Assembly: GCA_036522655.1 (NCBI GenBank)
Contig: DATDFK010000004.1
Span: 12,805 to 76,804 of the forward strand
Reading direction: 5' to 3'
Length of the DNA stretch: 64,000 nucleotides
DNA from: Pyrinomonadaceae bacterium
GTDB lineage: Bacteria; Acidobacteriota; Blastocatellia; Pyrinomonadales; Pyrinomonadaceae
This document shows, piece by piece, positions 59,953 through 64,000 of the stretch; within the stretch, counting starts at the first letter, position 1; each line of letters begins with the position of its first letter. The position numbers were made by a program, and so were the translations under genes. The notes beneath the pieces were generated by a model that saw only the letters and a list, made by a program, of their open reading frames with translations, did not search any database and was not told where the DNA came from.

Positions 59953-61758
59953 ATGAAAGATCGAAGCCACCCCTCGATGCGTTCCTCTGCCATGCAGGCG
60001 CTGAAATTTGTTTGCCTGCTACTGTTTTGCGCCCTCTCGATCGTCCTCGTCGTCTCGCGCCTGCTGCGCGCGTCCGGCACGGTGGCCGCGCAGAACATCG
60101 ACGCGCCCTTTGGGCCCAACGCCCAGGGGGGCAATCGACAGCCGGAGCTGGGCGAGATCAGGTTCAAGCAGGTCGGCGTGGGCCAACGAATATTCTTCGG
60201 CCTCGCGGTGATTGACGAAGAGAGCGACGACGTGCGCGTCGAGCTGGTGCAGAAGCCAGCCTCCGCCAAATATAACGAGAAGACGCTGACGATTGACTGG
60301 ACGCCGCAACCTCAGGACGGACGGCGCGGCGACTTCGCCGTGCGTATGACCGAAAGCCCGCGCGAGCCCGGCAAGACGCCGCGCACCGTGCTCAAAACCT
60401 TCAGCATCGCCATCGAGCCGCAGCCGGTCGCTTTGCCCGTCGTCGAGCCAGCGCCGCTGGCCGTTGAAACCCTGGTTTCCATCACAGACCCGCAGCGCCT
60501 GGAAGCGGCCAATCGTCAATGGCCGATCACGGCCATGTTCCAGCGCATCGCCGAGATAGAGGCGAGCAAACAGATCAAGCCCGACAGTCCCGTGCAGAAG
60601 ACCACGGGAGCCGCCCTCTTTCGTGATGCTTTGAAGAACCTCGCCGCGCTTCATGGCAACGAGGAGATCGACCCGGACAGCCCGCGCTTCAATCGCCAGT
60701 GGAACGCGGAGAACTGGCGGCTGATCATGGTGCGCCCGCGCGTCAATAAAAAGATATTCGAGCTGCGGCTGGTCTATCGCAACGAGACGGCAGCCGAGCC
60801 CGTCTACCTCATGCCGCGCATGCGCATCACTCGCGGCAAAGACCCTGACATTCTCAAGGACAACGACTGGCGACAGAAGAACAATCGCGCCTTCGCCACT
60901 CTTTTCCACGATGCCTTCTTCGACGGCGCGAATCTGAAACCCTTCGTCGCGGGCGATAAGAGAAAATACGGCGAGGCGCTCGCGGACTTTATCACGCGCG
61001 TCGTCACGTACACGGACGCGGCAGACCCGCGCATGCAGGCGAACTTCGCCGCGCTCCCGCACAATGCGCGCCTCGGCGGCGACGATACGCTCGACGCGCA
61101 GGGGCGCTACGTACGCGGCAACGGCTGGGCGCTCGGCGTGATGAAGGTCATCCCCGTTGAGCGCAATGGTCGCCGTGAGCTGGCCTTCAACAACGAGGTC
61201 ATCGACGGCTTCGCGACGAGCATCAAAGCGCCTGACGGCAAAGCCTATAAGACCGTGCCCGCTCCGGCCTTCGTGCCCGGCACGGCTTCCTTCGTCAAGG
61301 GGTTCGATCAACTGATCGACGGCTTAGGCTTCGCAGCCATCCCCGACGAGCATGACGCGCACCCGCTGAAGATCGACGCCTCTTCCATCTCGCGTCCCTT
61401 CAAGGAGAGGTTCATGGTCGAGGAAACCAGTTTGCGCGACCCGCGCCGCCGCCTGATGGAAGAGCGCGGGATGACCTGCATACAGTGTCACGTCCGCAAC
61501 TTCGACGAGGGGAACTATCTGGACACTGCCGTCAGCGCTCCGGCGCAGTTGGCCCACATGACGACGACGCGCGACATCCCGCGCCTCTTCTTCGTCATTA
61601 CGCCGGACGAAGGGCGCAGCGAATTTCTGCGCCGCAACGAACAGGAGCAGGTCGATAATCTGCGCGGTGTGATGCGCGATTACCTTAACCTTAAGATCAA
61701 TATCGAACAGGCGCTCACAGACAACTGGCCCTTCGACACCACAAAGGGAAGAGGATAA
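59953..61758 (+). CDS. Secreted hypothetical protein with a single CXXCH motif near C-terminus
   Basis: ORF 59815..61758 trimmed to MKDRSHPSM.. before the hydrophobic segment. MTCIQCHVRNF. Stop TAA lies in repeat A5 arm. Start uncertain. Confidence 0.5.
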   Translation: MKDRSHPSMRSSAMQALKFVCLLLFCALSIVLVVSRLLRASGTVAAQNIDAPFGPNAQGGNRQPELGEIRFKQVGVGQRIFFGLAVIDEESDDVRVELVQKPASAKYNEKTLTIDWTPQPQDGRRGDFAVRMTESPREPGKTPRTVLKTFSIAIEPQPVALPVVEPAPLAVETLVSITDPQRLEAANRQWPITAMFQRIAEIEASKQIKPDSPVQKTTGAALFRDALKNLAALHGNEEIDPDSPRFNRQWNAENWRLIMVRPRVNKKIFELRLVYRNETAAEPVYLMPRMRITRGKDPDILKDNDWRQKNNRAFATLFHDAFFDGANLKPFVAGDKRKYGEALADFITRVVTYTDAADPRMQANFAALPHNARLGGDDTLDAQGRYVRGNGWALGVMKVIPVERNGRRELAFNNEVIDGFATSIKAPDGKAYKTVPAPAFVPGTASFVKGFDQLIDGLGFAAIPDEHDAHPLKIDASSISRPFKERFMVEETSLRDPRRRLMEERGMTCIQCHVRNFDEGNYLDTAVSAPAQLAHMTTTRDIPRLFFVITPDEGRSEFLRRNEQEQVDNLRGVMRDYLNLKINIEQALTDNWPFDTTKGRG

Positions 61759-61850
61759 AGAAAGGATGAAGGATGAAGGCGGAAGGATGAAGTAAAAGCT
61801 ATTGCTTTTTCTTATTCATCCTTCATCCTTCATCCTTCATCCTTAAACTA
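61752..61850. repeat. Family A palindromic repeat, copy 5 (shortened core)
   Basis: GGATAAAGAAAGGATGAAGGATGAAGGCGGAAGGATGAAG-GTAAAAGCTATTGCTTTTTCTTATTC-(ATCCTTC)x4. Confidence 0.7.
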
Positions 61851-61852
61851 TT

Positions 61853-64000
61853 ATGGCTGTTGCAACGCCGAGACCACCGGCGACACCGATCACGAAGTCT
61901 TTGCCTGTCGCGTCCAAGCGGGCGAGCGAGGGGGAAGTTGAATGGTGGGTCGAGCCCATCAAATGGGTGGCGCTCGCCGTCTTCATCGCCGTCCCGGTGT
62001 TCGCGCACATGATGCAGCCCTACGCGGGGCGCATCGTCTGGACGGTGGTGGTGGCGGCGCTTCCGCTCTTCATCGTGCTGGTCGGCTATCATCGCTGGCG
62101 GCGCATCTGCCCGCTCGCCTTCTTCGCGCAGATTCCCGTGCGCCTGCGTCGTCCCGGCATCAAGAAAGCCTCACCCTGGCTTCAGGCCAACTATTACTAC
62201 GTACCCTTAGCTATCTTTATCGTCTCGCTCTGGCTGCGCTTGATTTCGACCAACGGCGACGGCCATGCCATCACGGCCTTCTTCGTCCTGATCACCCTGG
62301 CGGCGCTGATCTTCGGCGCGTTTTATACGGGCAAGACGTGGTGCAACTACATCTGCCCGCTGACGTTCATCGAAAAGATTTACACGGAGCCGCACGGCCT
62401 GCGCGAGACGCCCAACTCTCAGTGCACCAAATGCACGGCCTGCAAGAACCTCTGCCCGGACATCAACGAGGAGAACGGCTACTGGAAAGAGATCGGCTCC
62501 GTGCCGAAACGGTTCGCCTACTTCGTCTTCCCCGGCCTGGTCTTCGGCTTCTACTTCTATTACTACCTTCAGGCCGGAAGGTGGAGCGCCTACTTCGACG
62601 GCAAGTGGACGAATGACGAGATGGTCATTCATTATGCTTTCCTGCCGGGCCACGATGCGCGCACAGCCGGATTCTTTTTTCTACCCGTCGTGCCACGCGC
62701 GCTGGCCTCCATGTTGACGCTCGTCGTCTGCGGCCTTATCAGCTACGTTATCCTAACGCAGCTCGAACGCCCCATCGGAGACTGGCTCAAGCGGCGCGAG
62801 CCGGAGGCGGACGATGCGCGCGTGCGCCACGTCATGTTCTCCGTTGCCGCCTTCGCCGCCTTCACAATCTTCTACACCTTCGCCGGAGCGCCGACGCTCT
62901 GGCGCGCGCCCTGGGTCGTGCCACATCTCTTCCTGGTACTGGTCGTGCTGACGGCGACGCTCTTTCTGGTGCGAAGGTTGCGCCGTACGCAGAAGACTTT
63001 CGCCGAAGAGACGCTGGCGAAAAATATCATCAAGCGCTGGGAGTGGACGGACATACAGCCGCCGCGAGACCTGCACGAGGCGTTTCTGATTCACACCATA
63101 CGCACGCGCGAGAGCGCGAAGGGACAGGCGCAGGTCATCGAAATCTACAAGGACTCTGTGCGCGAGACTCTCGCCAACGGCTTCGTCACGCGCGAGGAAG
63201 TGCAGCTTCTCGAATCGTTGCGTAACCAGTTGCAGATCAAGAAGGCCGATCACGAGAAGGTGATGGCGGCGCTCGCGGAAGAAGAGCGCGCGATGATCAG
63301 CGACCCGTCGAAGCAGATTTCGGCTGAAAAGCGGCTTCAGCTTGAAACCTACAAACGCGCCCTGGAAAACTATCTTGAGCGAGTGCTCGCGGCTGAAGGC
63401 GACGCTGACGACAGCTTTATCATGAAGCTGCGCGCCGAGTATCGCGTGACGAAGGAGGAGCACGCCGTCGTGTTGGACGATCTTTTGGGCGGCACGGGCG
63501 GCATCGCGGCGCGTCTGGCCGAAGAGCTGGGCATCATCGAGCGCACATCGCATGCCGTCAATGCGCTTGAGAGAGAGCCGCCCACGCTCGCACACGATCT
63601 GCTCAAAGACCTCCTGCGTCGTCGTCGCGTCCACGCCGTCGATCGGCTGCTTCGCAGCCTGAGCTTCGAGCCCAGAGATGAGACGAGCCTTGTCATACGC
63701 GCGGGCCTGTGCTCAAACGATCGCGCGCAGCGCCGGACGGCGGTCGAACAGTTGAGCGGGCAGATTCCGTCCGCTATCGGCGACCGCCTCGTCAGCGCGC
63801 ACGCCGAGGCTACGGCCAGGCAGGCCGAGCAGACGACGCTCGCGAGTGCGTTGCGCGTCCAGACCGAGAGCGTCGATCCGTACGTGCGCGCCGTCTCGCT
63901 CTACGTGCTGGCCGAGCATGGCACGGTGGACGCGGAGATGCTCGCGCGCCTGAGCGCGGACGAACACGAGCTTGTGCGCGAGACAGTCCTGCACTTGCAG
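61853..64000 (+). CDS. Partial CDS (runs off window end): polytopic membrane protein with 4Fe-4S ferredoxin-type cysteine motifs (NapH/MauN-like) and long helical C-terminal region
   Basis: Hand-translated frame from ATG 61853 is open for 716 codons to the window end (absent from ORF track). CNYICP and CTKCTACKNLCP (CxxCxxCxxxCP). ORF-track entries 61942..62616 and 62753..63634 are other frames of this gene. Confidence 0.6.
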   Translation, partial: MAVATPRPPATPITKSLPVASKRASEGEVEWWVEPIKWVALAVFIAVPVFAHMMQPYAGRIVWTVVVAALPLFIVLVGYHRWRRICPLAFFAQIPVRLRRPGIKKASPWLQANYYYVPLAIFIVSLWLRLISTNGDGHAITAFFVLITLAALIFGAFYTGKTWCNYICPLTFIEKIYTEPHGLRETPNSQCTKCTACKNLCPDINEENGYWKEIGSVPKRFAYFVFPGLVFGFYFYYYLQAGRWSAYFDGKWTNDEMVIHYAFLPGHDARTAGFFFLPVVPRALASMLTLVVCGLISYVILTQLERPIGDWLKRREPEADDARVRHVMFSVAAFAAFTIFYTFAGAPTLWRAPWVVPHLFLVLVVLTATLFLVRRLRRTQKTFAEETLAKNIIKRWEWTDIQPPRDLHEAFLIHTIRTRESAKGQAQVIEIYKDSVRETLANGFVTREEVQLLESLRNQLQIKKADHEKVMAALAEEERAMISDPSKQISAEKRLQLETYKRALENYLERVLAAEGDADDSFIMKLRAEYRVTKEEHAVVLDDLLGGTGGIAARLAEELGIIERTSHAVNALEREPPTLAHDLLKDLLRRRRVHAVDRLLRSLSFEPRDETSLVIRAGLCSNDRAQRRTAVEQLSGQIPSAIGDRLVSAHAEATARQAEQTTLASALRVQTESVDPYVRAVSLYVLAEHGTVDAEMLARLSADEHELVRETVLHLQ

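Noticed and set aside
60019-61311. 430-aa minus-strand ORF
   Set aside because: Antisense to the 59953..61758 secreted-protein gene. Arg-rich composition, no start context.
61942-63634. ORFs 61942..62616 (+), 62207..62653 (-), 62753..63634 (-), 61823..62092 (-)
   Set aside because: All are alternative frames or strands of the long open plus frame starting at 61853 that encodes a coherent membrane/Fe-S protein. 61823..62092 merely reads through repeat A5 (KDEG tail).

Overview
This window reads as a high-GC (roughly 60-65%) bacterial chromosomal segment, gene-dense on both strands with about 55 protein-coding genes. The lineage is uncertain. Several families are consistent with an Acidobacteriota-like genome: tandem carboxypeptidase-regulatory-like domain proteins, DUF885, a VWA protein, a TPR protein and a PagL-like outer-membrane protein. 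I found no rRNA, tRNA, CRISPR array, transposase or integrase.

Housekeeping genes:
- hisS, aspS, ribF and mazG.
- A UbiB/ABC1-family kinase and an acyl-CoA dehydrogenase.
- A gamma-class carbonic-anhydrase-like hexapeptide protein.

Secreted proteases and peptidases:
- M14, M48 and S9 family members.
- A metzincin-like protease with an HEXXHXXGXXD motif.
- A DUF885 protein fused to a PrcB-like C-terminal domain.

Transport and membrane proteins:
- An OPT oligopeptide transporter and an MFS transporter.
- A flotillin/SPFH protein.

Signalling:
- An HD-GYP/GAF/GGDEF protein and a PilZ protein (c-di-GMP signalling).
- A receiver-containing histidine kinase with an NtrC-type sigma-54 activator.

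Left-edge cell-surface cluster (partly antisense-shadowed in the ORF track):
- A partial DUF11 surface protein running off the window start.
- Three tandem phage-tail-collar (MdpB-like) paralogues.
- A secreted protein made of about 60-residue tandem repeats.

Genes missing from the ORF track because they run off the window:
- The partial DUF11 gene at 1..627 on the minus strand.
- A long 4Fe-4S-motif membrane protein from 61853 to the window end on the plus strand.

The most distinctive non-coding content is two families of palindromic intergenic repeats:
- Family A, five copies: (GGATGAA/GGCGGAA)n ... (TTCATCC)n inverted arms around a conserved roughly 30-bp core. The arms place TGA stops in all three frames, and convergent genes from both sides terminate inside them with K-D-E-G tails.
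- Family B, three full copies and one half copy: arms GGTCAGTACCGCCAAAGGTCTCGGGCGGGT, all immediately downstream of minus-strand genes.

Other non-coding features:
- A 228-bp nested palindrome between convergent genes.
- An AT-rich 3 x 33-bp tandem repeat after aspS.
- An AT-rich inverted repeat after the acyl-CoA dehydrogenase gene.

A paralogous pair of GNAT acetyltransferase plus small beta-rich protein modules flanks a VWA gene.

Functional calls come from motif recognition in the translated ORFs and were not checked against any database.
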